The notes below the pieces were generated by a model. It saw only the letters and a program-made list of their open reading frames with translations. It was not told the DNA's origin and did not search any database. DNA of 63,785 nt, counting the filler, from Chiloscyllium plagiosum (lineage: Eukaryota), in the NCBI RefSeq assembly GCF_004010195.1. It is 5 parts of one record of this genome, joined end to end, with 100 filler letters (N's around TTAATTAATTAA, not from the genome) between each part and the next. Parts side by side here need not be neighbours in the genome. Positions count along the whole stretch, not along the records: positions 1 to 6,110 come from NC_057711.1; positions 6,211 to 22,413 come from NC_057711.1; 3 more parts are not named here. One strand, 5' to 3'. This document shows positions 1 through 10,032 of this stretch, in pieces. Both the position numbers and the translations under genes were made by a program. Position 1 is the stretch's first letter. Each line of letters starts with the position of its first letter.

Positions 1-187
1 GGAGGCTGGTACAATTGCAACATTTAAGAGGCATTTGGATTGGTATATGAATAGGAAGGGTTTGGAGGGATATGGGCCGGGTGCTGGCAGGTGGGACTAG
101 ATTGTGTTGCGATATCTGGTCGGCGTGGATGGGTTGGACCAAAGGGTCTGTTTCCGTGCTGTACATCTCTATGAGTCTATGACTCTA
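1..187 (+). mobile_element. CR1 LINE 3' end inserted into an ERV env
   Basis: Same 3' UTR as other CR1 copies in the window (e.g. 19070-19247), ending in a short (CTATGAST) tail; env-like frame starts directly after. Confidence 0.85.
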
Positions 188-532
188 ATCATTGGTGACA
201 AGTGTATAACCCATGCCATTGACGATTTTTACAATCTTACACAGGCGATTAAAAACATTCGAGACCAGCTGGATGATTTCAGACAAGGAGCCACAGGAGG
301 AGATAGCTGGCTAGAATGGCTGAAAGACAGGATGGGTTGGACCAAAGGGTCTGTTTCCGTGCTGTACATCTCTATGAGTCTATGACTCTAATCATTGGTG
401 ACAAGTGTATAACCCATGCCATTGACGATTTTTACAATCTTACACAGGCGATTAAAAACATTCGAGACCAGCTGGATGATTTCAGACAAGGAGCCACAGG
501 AGGAGATAGCTGGCTAGAATGGTTGAAAGACA
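127..532 (+). repeat. 203-bp tandem duplication (127-329 / 330-532)
   Basis: Two near-identical copies spanning the CR1-tail/env junction; one visible mismatch near the end (GGCTGAAAGACA vs GGTTGAAAGACA). Confidence 0.95.
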
Positions 533-603
533 AATCCTGGGGATCCTATTTGGCACGCGGGACTGTTCTCCTTATATCACTCATACTGGTATTCTGCGTA
601 GCT
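391..603 (+). pseudogene. env: Endogenous retrovirus env transmembrane-subunit fragment
   Basis: IIGDKCITHAIDDFYNLTQAIKNIRDQLDDFRQGATGGDSWLEWLKDKSWGSYLARGTVLLISLILVFCVA: end of cysteine loop, N-L-T glycosylation site, heptad, Trp-rich membrane-proximal region, hydrophobic anchor. Confidence 0.7.
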
Positions 604-895
604 GCTGAAACTGACAATGACTCTGTGACATTCCTCTGAAACTGACATTGACTCTGTAATATTTTCTGTGAACAAACCAAGCTGCACAAACAAAGACTCA
701 ATATCTGGACCATTATACCGTGAAATGTATAAAATATCGTGACCTATGGTCCGAGGGTGAGAGAAGGCTCGCAGCTGACAGCTGTGCTGCCGGACGTCTC
801 TCTCTCTCTCCCCCCAGGAGTTCAGGTTCTTTGTACAATAAATGCTGTCATTGAATCCCGATTCTGATTCGAGACTGGTGATTTTCCCCACAACA
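604..895 (+). mobile_element. Partial ERV 3' LTR
   Basis: Follows env; ~31-bp direct repeat (605-660), TATAAAA ~728-734, AATAAA 837-842, ends in ...CCACAACA at 895 where a Tx1 fragment begins. Confidence 0.6.
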
Positions 896-1725
896 CATTC
901 CTAACCATACTCCCAGCATCTTCAAGTAATCTGTCTTGACGGTGAAGGGGATAAAGGATGGGTTGGCCAAGTTCCCAAAGAGCTGAAAATGTGTTGCTGG
1001 AAAAGCGAAGAAGGTCAGGCAGCATCCAAGGAACAGGAGAATCGACGTTTCGGGCATAAGCCCTTCTTCAGGAATCCTGAAGAAATGCTTATGCCCGAAA
1101 CATCGATTCTCCTGTTCCTTGGATGCTGCCTGACCTGCTGCGCTTTTCCAGCAACACATTTTCAGCTCTGATCTCCAGCATCTGCAGTCCTCACTTTCTC
1201 CTCCAAGTACCCAAAGAACATGGCCTCTCTCCTGCCACAATTTACCTTGGCTCCCGAGGCCACTTTGAGCAGCTCGTAGATGCCCATGAGTCAGTGCACT
1301 GACAGCGGATCTGAGCAAAAGATGGTGACGTTATGCACATACATGGAGGCTTTGACCTGCATGCTTCCGCTGCCTGGAATAGTCACCCCTCTCATGCTCG
1401 CACCCTTCCTGATCACCCCTCTCATGCTCGCACCCTTCTGTACAACACACAAAGAAGGCAGGAGAGAATGGGCAAGCCTGCCTGACTCCAGACCCGGTCG
1501 GGAAGCTTTCTGATTCCCAGCTGTTGATTGCACTAATGATGTTGGTGTAGAGTAGTCGGATCCAAGTGTGGATCCCTTCCCCAGAGTCCATTTTGGAGAG
1601 CATGTCCCATATGTGTAGGTGTGCAATATCCTGCCAAAGGCCTTCTCCCGGTCCAGCCTGATGAGGCAAGCTTTCTCCACCCCACTACCTTGCACATAGG
1701 GTGATTGTATCCCTGAGGAGCTCAA
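896..1725 (-). mobile_element. Tx1-clade LINE RT fragment (decayed), interrupted by a palindromic mini-element
   Basis: Translations SGVRQACPFSP, VKASMYVHNVTIFCSDPLS, IPFTVKTDYLKMLGVW are homologous to the Tx1 RT at 10030-10456; 30-bp internal duplication 1383-1438. Confidence 0.85.
981..1203. mobile_element. Palindromic Penelope-terminus mini-element with hammerhead motifs
   Basis: ~93-bp inverted arms centred near 1074; flanked by CAAGTTCCCAAAG / CAAGTACCCAAAG (TSD, 1 mismatch); sequence matches termini of the Penelope copies at 14066 and 20900. Confidence 0.8.
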
Positions 1726-2099
1726 GGCTCTCAGATATCATCCTGCCTGGTAACTTTATAGAGGGAATTGTAAAGTTTAAACAGCTGGATGCATGTGTTG
1801 CCTGTAATCCTTGAAAATTTACAACTCAGAAGAGCGCCATTTGGCTCAGCATGTCTGTGCCAGTCAAAAGTAAAAAAAGTGGTTTGTAAGATTATAACAG
1901 GGGGCTAGAAATCGGGGATATGCAGCATGTCTGATTTATCGGGCTGCGGCATATCTCTTTCTTACATCTGCAGTATTACATGGTCTTCAAGGCTCTTCAT
2001 GCTAGTATTCTCAAAATAAAATATGCTGCATGAACTAAGTGCTTTGAATTTGCGAGCAAGTTTCTGACAACAGAAATACTTTCCTAGGTTGGGCAAAAG

Positions 2100-2372
2100 C
2101 TCACGGAGTCATAGGGATGTACAGCATGGAAACAGACCCCTTGCTCCAACTCGTCCATGCCGACCAGATACCCTAACCTAATCTCATCCCATTTGCCAGC
2201 ACTTTGCCCATATTCCTCTAAACCCTTCCTGTTCATATACCCATCCAGATGCCTTTTAAATGTTGTAATTGTACTAGTCTCCACCACTTCCTCTGGTAGC
2301 TCATTCCATACACGCACCAACCTCTACATGAAAAAGTTGCCCATCGGTCTCTTTTAAATGTGTCCCCTCTCA
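2100..2372 (-). mobile_element. CR1 LINE 3' end
   Basis: VRVWNELPEEVVE...TFKRHLDGYM C-terminus of ORF2 plus conserved 3' UTR. Confidence 0.85.
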
Positions 2373-2527
2373 GGTCTTATTTAGAAGTTGGAAAGGAAGG
2401 ATTTCAAGCGGGAGGTTGACAGAGGTGAAATGGTCTGTGTAGATCTATGAAACTTTTATTTGCAAAGAATTGTAACCCCTCATTGTCAGGCATATTGCCA
2501 CGATCTGCCTCCATCTGGGATGAAGGG

Positions 2528-2820
2528 ATCAGTGGTAAACACTGCTGACTCACAGCACCAGGGTCCCAGGTTTGATTCCAGCCTCGGGCGACTGCCTGTG
2601 TAGAGTTTGCACGTTTTCCCTGCGTCTGCATGGGTTTCCTCCGGGTGTTCCAGTTTCCTCCCACAATCCAAAGATGTGCAGGTCAGGTGAATTGGCCATG
2701 CTAAATTGCCCATTGTGCTAGTTGCATTAGTCAGAGGGAAATGGGTCTGGGTAGGTTACTTCACAGAGGGTCGGTGTGGACCGAAGGGCCTGTTTCCACA
2801 CTGTAGGGAGTCTAATCTAA
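2528..2820 (+). mobile_element. HE1-like tRNA-derived V-SINE
   Basis: A/B-box remnants, V-domain (GAGTTTGCACGTT...GGGTTTCCTCCGGGTG), AATCT tail. Confidence 0.85.
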
Positions 2821-2821
2821 T

Positions 2822-3965
2822 TTATATCAAATTTTGCATCACAACCTCCGAATGTTTCAACGTGCTTTACCGTCAATGAAGTCCAGTCGCTGTTATAATG
2901 TAGGGATGGTGATAAATATTTATAGCCCACAGCAAGCTCTCAAAGACAATATTTGATTTTAATCTTAAATTGGATATGGTAAATGTCAATGATGTTTGTT
3001 GCAGTGAGGAAAGACCACTGTCTGAGGTCTTTCTGTCGAAGTTAAATGGGGGTCCATTCAGGACCTTCCCTGTGCCTCAAGTACATATAAATATAATCTT
3101 GTATAAGTAAGAAATGCCTTTGGTTTGTTTGTTGGATACAGTCAAACTCTAATATTTGTTTGTTCCTTCATATGCTACTGTAGAGAACTGAACTGCTTCA
3201 GTGACTACATATGCATGTAAAAATATTTTTATGAATAAAGGATATTTTTGAAAAGTATTTAAAAAATGATATTTGTTGCCCATCTCTACTTATCTCTCTA
3301 TAGGACAATTAAGAGTTAATACAACTTCTGTGGGTCTAGAGTCCTGTGGCAAGAACACCAGTTTTTTTTCCCCTAAAGGACATTAGTGAACAAAATGAGT
3401 TTTATTTTAATTCATTCATCGCTGAATAGGCCAGCATGTATTGACCACAGAGCAGTCAAGAGGCTATGGGTCTGGAGTCACATGCAGGCCAGACTAGGTA
3501 AGATGGCAGAGTTTCTTTTCTAATGGACATTAGTGAACTTGATAGTATTTTTACTGACAATAATTTTTGTGGATTCTAAATTCCAGTTTTTTAATCGAAT
3601 TCAGAATCCATCATCTGCAACGGTAAGATTTGAGCTCCTCAGAGCATTGACCTGAGTTGCTGGATTAATAATCAAGCAGCAATATTGCAAAAACTTCACC
3701 TCGCCTTTTATAACAATTATTACAATTAGACCAGGTTTTGGTTCACTATTTACCATGGTGGGGCTCAACCCTGTGTCGCAAGATCATGTACATGGTGTGT
3801 TGGGTTAACTAGTCTAGTGACATTACCACTTCACCATCAGTGACCTTATGACAAAGTACTACTGGTTAAAGGCTAAAGATTAGCCAGTACACGGGGAAGA
3901 ATTCCCCTGGGCTCTTTCAAAATAAGTCTATGGCATCTTTTATGTCCAACTCAGAGGGCAAACAA
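2822..3965 (-). mobile_element. Old Deu-domain-like SINE split by later insertions (pieces ~2822-2945 and ~3865-3965)
   Basis: GTGCTTTAC..CAATGAAGT..CTGTTATAATGTAGG..CACAGCAAGCTC then GCCAGTACACGGGG..CTCTTTCAAAATA..ATCTTTTATGTCCA; similar piece at ~26115-26235; recalled consensus only. Confidence 0.45.
3003..3267 (+). mobile_element. Tx1 3' end (older subfamily)
   Basis: GGAAAGACCACTGTCTGA (GKTTV*) then 3' UTR ending ATGAATAAAG..TATTTTTGAAA and A-tract. Confidence 0.7.
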
Positions 3966-4217
3966 GAAATGCTAAATGGGACGGCTGGACATTAACCTAG
4001 CGAGGGAATGTGCAGTTATTTCCAGTTAACACACTGAGAAACAGAATAATATAAAATATTGAAGTTGAAAGAAATGGAACTCCTACAATTACAGCAAATT
4101 ATGTGGGAACTGTGGGGCATGACTATCTGGATGGTTAGAATTTGGCGCCATCATGTGTTTGATTCTAATATTAACACTTACTCCAGTTTAGATTAAATTG
4201 ATAGGCAAATAGAGTCA

Positions 4218-4923
4218 TTAGATTAGATTACTTACAGTGTGGAAACAGGCCCTTCGGCCCAACAAGTACACCCGCCGAAGCGCAACCCACCCATTCCCCT
4301 ACGTTTACCCCTTTTTACCCAACACTACGGGCAATTTAGCATGGCCAANNNNNNNNNNNNNNNNNNNNNNNNNNNNNNNNNNNNNNNNNNNNNNNNNNNN
4401 NNNNNNNNNNNNNNNNNNNNNNNNNNNNNNNNNNNNNNNNNNNNNNNNNNNNNNNNNNNNNNNNNNNNNNNNNNNNNNNNNNNNNNNNNNNNNNNNNNNN
4501 NNNNNNNNNNNNNNNNNNNNNNNNNNNNNNNNNNNNNNNNNNNNNNNNNNNNNNNNNNNNNNNNNNNNNNNNNNNNNNNNNNNNNNNNNNNNNNNNNNNN
4601 NNNNNNNNNNNNNNNNNNNNNNNNNNNNNNNNNNNNNNNNNNNNNNNNNNNNNNNNNNNNNNNNNNNNNNNNNNNNNNNNNNNNNNNNNNNNNNNNNNNN
4701 NNNNNNNNNNNNNNNNNNNNNNNNNNNNNNNNNNNNNNNNNNNNNNNNNNNNNNNNNNNNNNNNNNNNNNNNNNNNNNNNNNNNNNNNNNNNNNNNNNNN
4801 NNNNNNNNNNNNNNNNNNNNNNNNNNNNNNNNNNNNNNNNNNNNNNNNGCCTGAGTTGGGAATTGAACCCAGGTCTCTGGCACTGTGAGGCGGCAGGCTA
4901 ACCACTGTGCCACTGTGCCGCCC
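4218..4923 (-). mobile_element. HE1-like V-SINE spanning an assembly gap
   Basis: TAGATTAGATT tail on left, tRNA-like head on right of N-gap 4349-4848. Confidence 0.8.
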
Positions 4924-4994
4924 ACAGTCATAGAGAAATGCAATTTATTTTCCCCAAAATAATCATTAAAATTCTGTTCGCTAACAACAGCAGT

Positions 4995-5347
4995 GATATT
5001 TGTAAAACAAACAAGGGCAGGACTTATATAATTAATGGTAGGGCCCTGTGTAGTGGTGTAGGACAGAGACATCTAGGGGTTCAGGTTCATAATTCTTTGA
5101 AATTTGCATCACATGTAGACAGGCTGGTTAAGATGACATACAGCACACTTATCTTCACTACTCAGACCTTTGAATATAGGAGTTAGGATATCATATTGGG
5201 ATTGTATAGGATGTTGGTGAGGTCTCTTCTGGAATCTGTGCACAGTTTTAGTCACCACGTTATAGGAAGGACATTATTAAACTGGAAAGGGTTCAGAAAA
5301 GATTTATCAAGATGTTTTCCAGAATGGAGGGTTTGAGTTATAAAATA
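4995..5347 (+). mobile_element. CR1 RT C-terminal fragment, left half of the host interrupted by the Tx1 cluster
   Basis: QRHLGVQVHNSLK...LERVQKRF..GLSYK; continues at ~11895 (DRLGLFSLERRKLRGDLIE). Confidence 0.85.
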
Positions 5348-5349
5348 TG

Positions 5350-5395
5350 ATGCTTCTCGGCCTTTTGGCTAAGATCAAGTGTCTGTTCTTATCAG
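5350..5395 (+). ncRNA. U2 snRNA 5' fragment forming the head of a Tx1 element (not a functional U2 gene)
   Basis: GCTTCTCGGCCTTTTGGCTAAGATCAAGTGT-CTGTTCTTATCAG matches U2 nt ~4-52 with a 5-nt deletion in the GTAGTA branch-point pairing region. Confidence 0.9.
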
Positions 5396-5553
5396 GACAG
5401 GGGTCAAGTTGCAAGTCATCAGAGCTAGTGGAGATCATCGCTGGATCGTGATTGGACGTTGGAGGATCGTTTGGTTGTGCTAACCTGCTATTGGTGGATC
5501 TTCATGCTGGCTTCGGCCTAACGCCAATTCAGGGACCAGCCAACCTCAGAGCT

Positions 5554-6110
5554 ATGGCCTCAACAGCTGCCCTCAGCCCTGGGCAGGGGGTTCGAAACAC
5601 CGTCTGGGTGACTGTGAAGAAGATAGAGAATCGTACGCCACTTGACCGCATGCTGTTTATCAAGAAAGTGCTGCTGGGATGCTGTGGGTTCACTGCAGCG
5701 GACGTGTACTGCCTGCAGGATTTCCCTGGGGCAGGCTACTTTGATGTGACCTTCAGAAGTGTGAAGCAGTGCGAACAGCTCCTGAAGGCATTCAAGGAGA
5801 AGGAGGGGGAGCCGCTGTTTTCCACCTTGTCGGCAACCCCATTGTGTGTGCTTCCTGCACAGAGGAATCGGGTTGTTACAATCCATATGTACAACCCCTA
5901 TGTTCCGCGGGCTGATGTCCTGACCTTCCTGGGAAGGTACGTCCAAGTTGAGAGAGAAGCCACCGATGTGATCGACCCCTTTGGGATCTGGACCAGTAAG
6001 CGGCAGGTCAGGGTAACTCTGAGGGTCGATGACAATGGGAACATTCTCCACCCACCCTCGAGCTTCGCAATTGGAGGGAACAGAGGCTACCTGACATATG
6101 CAGGGCAGCC
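5554..6110 (+). CDS. Tx1 ORF1 N-terminal half (open until the gap)
   Basis: MASTAALSPGQGVRNTV...YCLQDFPGAGYFDVTF...NRVVTIHMYNPYVP...DPFGIWTSKRQVRVTL...GNRGYLTYAGQ, no stops; homologous to 7032-7440. Confidence 0.8.
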
Positions 6111-6605
6111 NNNNNNNNNNNNNNNNNNNNNNNNNNNNNNNNNNNNNNNNNNNNTTAATTAATTAANNNNNNNNNNNNNNNNNNNNNNNNNNNNNNNNNN
6201 NNNNNNNNNNCAGTGAGAGCCTGGATAGCTACCTCAGCCCAGCGAGGGTCCAGCAGTTCGTGCTCACCATGGGGATGCAGACAGCTTCCCCAGAGACAGG
6301 ACAGTCAAATGGACAACGGTAACCCCATAACCTGGGATTAAAGAAGGTTCATTTGCTATCGTATAACAGGGCACCCACTCAGTAGGTGGGTCCTGCTGAA
6401 GCCACAGCTAAATAATAAGAGACTGGATGGTTAATAAAGGGAACTGTAAATAGGGTAACTGTAAATTCGAGTAATTCAATTTGTTCTTTGTAATGTTAAG
6501 ACATGCAATGTATATATCTATGAACGACATGACAAATTGTACAAGACCAAAGATTTATTTCTATGAATAAAGTATATTTTGAAATTAAAAAAAATGATGG
6601 ATAGG

Positions 6606-7032
6606 TTCTCAGTCTTTTGGCTCAGAATATGTGTAGTTCCTGAGGACGCTCTCTGGGCGGTCCGAAACCTGTTGATCTTCCAGCTGAAGGAGTTGACCCC
6701 GACTGAGTGTTGCAGACTGGCACATTCCAAGGTCCAGGACTACGTGTTGAGGGATGCGCTGAACCTTGGGACAGCTGCCACCAAGGCGCGGTGGGGAAAG
6801 ACCATCGTGTAACATCTGTCTGCCTAAAGAAGAACAGGGGGCCCATGCAGTCATTTGGGCTCTGCTGACGCCTCAACTAAATATATAGACATATGATGGA
6901 TAAATGTACAGACCTGTGTTTAAAAATGATAAATTCTGATCTCTGTATGTAAATGATTACGCATGTATGGCATGACCAACTGTACAGACCATCAAATTAT
7001 TTTATGAATAAAGTATATTTTTGAAAAAAAAA
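6606..7032 (+). mobile_element. Short Tx1 copy: degenerate U2-like head fused to ORF2 C-terminus, 3' UTR and poly(A)
   Basis: TTCTCAGTCTTTTGGCTCAGAATATGTGTAGT (6606-6637), then DALWAVRNLLIFQ...ARWGKTIV*, 3' UTR, A-tract ending 7032. Confidence 0.75.
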
Positions 7033-8976
7033 GTGTACTGCCTGCAGGATTTCCCTGCGGCAAGCTATTTCGACGTGACCTTCAGGAGTGTGAAGAATTG
7101 AGAGCAGCTCCTGAAGGTCTTCAAGGAGAAGGAAGGGGAACCTCTGTTCTCCATCTTGTCGGCGGTCCCGTTGTGTGTGCTTCCTGCGCAGAGGAGTCGG
7201 GTTGTAACAATCCATATGTACAACCCCCATGTCCCAGCAGCAGATGTCTTGATCTTCCTGAGAAGATACGCCGAGGGAGAGAGTACTGATGTGGTCGATC
7301 CTCTCAGGATCTGGAACAGCAAACGACAGGTCAGGGTAACCCTGAGGGTCGATGCCAGTGTGAACATCCTCCTCCCACTCTCCAGCTTTGCCATCGGAGG
7401 AAGCATAGGTTACCTGACATACGCAGGGCAGCCGAAAGTGTACCGAACCCGCGGGAGGCCAGGCCACATGGCGGCAGATAGTAAGGTGACCGTCCGCCGA
7501 AACTGCAAGCAGGAAGGCCACCCGACCAAGGAATGTAAGGAGGCCAAGAACTGTAATCTGTGCGGAGAGGCGGGCCACATGTACAAGGCCTGCCCAAGAC
7601 GAGGGGCCGCCACCTATGCAAGGATGGCCGGAGGTGGCAACACGAGCCGTGGACCGCCTAAGACCAGCAAGGTACCACAAAACAGCATGGGAACGGTGTC
7701 TGGAGGCACCCAGAAGGAAGGGCAGGCTGTAGCGGAGCAGACGGCAGACAGCGGGGAGGTGCAGCAGCCGATCTAAGCTCCTTCAAGACAGACGGAGGAA
7801 ATGGAAGAGGAGGGAACAAAGGAGGCAGAGGATTGGATTACTGTCAAAAGCAGGAAGAGGAAACCTCACACGGCCCCCAAAGACACCCAGCGAAGGGGGA
7901 AGCGACACGTACACGATGAGGATACAGGCAGCTCTTCCGAAGGTGAGGATGGGCGCAAGGAGAGTCGTCACCAGAGGAAGAGACTCTGGGGAAAAAGGAG
8001 GGCAGCACTGCACAAACAGGGAAAGACGATCCCTCTGAGGGGATGGGTAAAGGCTTCCCCCCACCTGGTGAGAACCAAGAGGTACCCACCGGCCCACAGC
8101 TCCAGGTATCTGGGAGCAGCGGTCCTGTGACAGCCCCGCTGTCAGATGGAGAACTGGACGGTGCGGACCCTGGGCCCGACCTGAAGACACCAGAGCGGGG
8201 AAATGGCTTCAGCGTGGACAGCTACCTCAGCCCTGGGAGGTTCCAGCAGTTTGCCGTCACCATGGGGATGCACACAGCTACCCCAGAGGGGCAAGACCAG
8301 CAGCAAATGGACACTTGTAACCTCGTAACCTGTTAAAATGGGGATAAGAATTGCCAGCATCAATGTGCGTAGCATCAAATCGGCTACGCGATGTGTTTCT
8401 ACGATGGCCTTCCTGGCCAACGTTAAAGCCGACGTCCTGTTCCTGCAGGAGTGTGGGATACCGCACCTCAGCAGCTACAGGAGATGGTCGAGCTTGTGGG
8501 ATCATGGGCCGTCAGTTTGATCGGGGGGGGGCAATGATAGCCGCGCCTCCGGCCTGGGTATCCTGTTGCGAGGAGGCAACTTCAGCTTCTCCGAGTTTAA
8601 GGAGGTGGTGGGCGGGCGCCTCCTCGTCGCCGACGTCATGTACAGGAATGCTCCCCTGAGACTGATTAATGTGTATGCCCCAGTGGGTAAGAGTGAACGG
8701 TTGGCCATCTTGCAGCAGCTTCCACTGTTGCTGGCTATGTCCAGGCCGGTCATTCTGTATCATTGATGTAGATGGACGATCCGGCGGGGGGAACAGTAAA
8801 CTGGACGCCACGTCCAGAGCCCTGATGGACACGGTAAAAAATGCCAAGCTGCACGACGTCTTCAGCACCCGCTCAAGGATAGATTAGCTGTTTGTGCCCC
8901 GACTGCTCTCGGTCAGATCCACCGACGTCAAGCCGGTGTTCTTCTCTGACCACTGCCTCCTGCTGGCCGACTGTCA
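7033..8976 (+). mobile_element. Tx1 ORF1 (three zinc knuckles, partly degenerate) and ORF2 AP-endonuclease, decayed
   Basis: CKQEGHPTKEC..CNLCGEAGHMYKACP; ORF1 stop 8336, ORF2 ATG 8338 MGIRIASINVRSIK..DVLFLQE..INVYAP..SRID..FSDHC. Confidence 0.9.
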
Positions 8977-8982
8977 CCAAGA

Positions 8983-9268
8983 GCAGCCAAGGTGGCACAG
9001 TGGCTCAGTGGTTAGCACTGCTGCCTCACGGTGCCTGGGACCCGTGTTCGATTCCAGCCTTGAACGACTGTCTGTGTGGAGTTTGCACATTCTCCCCGTG
9101 TCTGTGTGGGTGTTCTCTGGCTTCTTCTCACAGTCACAAAGATGTGCAGGTTAGGTGAATTGGCCACACTAAATTGCCCATAGTGTTAGGTGCATTAGTC
9201 AGGGGTAAATATGAGGAATGGGTCAGTGTGTACTTGATGGGCCTGTTTCCATACTGTCGGTAATCTAA
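8983..9268 (+). mobile_element. HE1-like V-SINE
   Basis: A-box TGGCTCAGTGG, B-box GTTCGATTCC, V-domain, TAATCTAAT tail. Confidence 0.9.
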
Positions 9269-10032
9269 TAAGGGAGAACGGTACGTGGTAATCAGCTGAA
9301 GGTTTCCTTCTCCTTCACAGAGACAGCAGTCCATACACCACACATAGACTGAATATAAGAACCTGCATTTGGTTAAGGAATGGACTGACTGAAAAATGGG
9401 CAATTTGAACATTTTGTTAGTCTGTATCAAGGCAATTTACTTTCTTTATGTAATCCTTATGTGGTTGCATTATTGATGAGTGCACATGTGCAACTCTCCC
9501 CAGTACCTTTTTGGTTGTAATCGTGAGTTACAGTTGACGAAAAGTATCTTTAATTATCGGGCCACCGTTGTGTGGGGAATGCCCCCTTCAGAGGTTGGCC
9601 AGTGGTTGAACATGGGCTGATAAGGGTAGCCCTTTAAGCCTTCCTGGAGTGCTCATCCCTTACTCTGATATTGGGAGACCACCACCATACAGTTCTACTA
9701 ACTCCATAGTCTGGAGGCTGACTGGAAAACGCAATTCAGTCTTTGACAATAGAGCTGGGAGAGGCACCATTTTGACACATACGTTAGACCCTGGAGTAGT
9801 CACCTCTGCTGAAGAGTGGATTGTTCAGCAACAACTCCTAGGATCAGCAAGAGGAAGAGCATCCAGCAGATAGCAACTGAGAGGAAGAGGCTTCACTTCA
9901 GTGAATCCATTACAGCCTGGATGCAGTCACTTGCTCTGAAGAGTGGATTGCCATGTGTCTGGTATCAAGGAATGCTTAAGCCCCAAACATTACTTCACTG
10001 TCTCTCCATCTCTCCTCCTCTAACCAAAAACA

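Larger units (their letters stand above)
5350..6594 (+). mobile_element. Tx1 (Keno-like) element: U2 head, 5' UTR, ORF1, 3' UTR, poly(A); no ORF2 visible
   Basis: ORF1 end at 6211-6341 joins directly to a 3' UTR ending ATGAATAAAGTATATTTTGAAA-A-tract; N-gap 6111-6210 inside. Confidence 0.7.

Noticed and set aside
4237..5072. Long ORFs made of X residues (also 23995-24683, 29922-31180)
   Set aside because: Artefacts of translating N-gaps
5350..5395. Functional U2 snRNA gene
   Set aside because: Only ~46 nt, branch-point pairing region deleted, no Sm site, and upstream DNA is CR1 rather than an snRNA promoter
6155..6166. TTAATTAATTAA islands inside N-runs (also 22458, 46401, 61778)
   Set aside because: Identical 44N+12+44N layout each time; an artificial all-frame-stop scaffolding linker
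7156..7776. Host ZCCHC3-like zinc-knuckle gene
   Set aside because: Frameshifted, directly followed by Tx1 ORF2 and repeated in the window; it is a retrotransposon ORF1
9455..9512. Minus-strand YWGELH..LINNA resembling HPGD exon 3 (FGRLDILVNNAG)
   Set aside because: Needs a frameshift, is followed by a stop within three codons, has no fitting splice sites and lies inside the Tx1 cluster; probably chance
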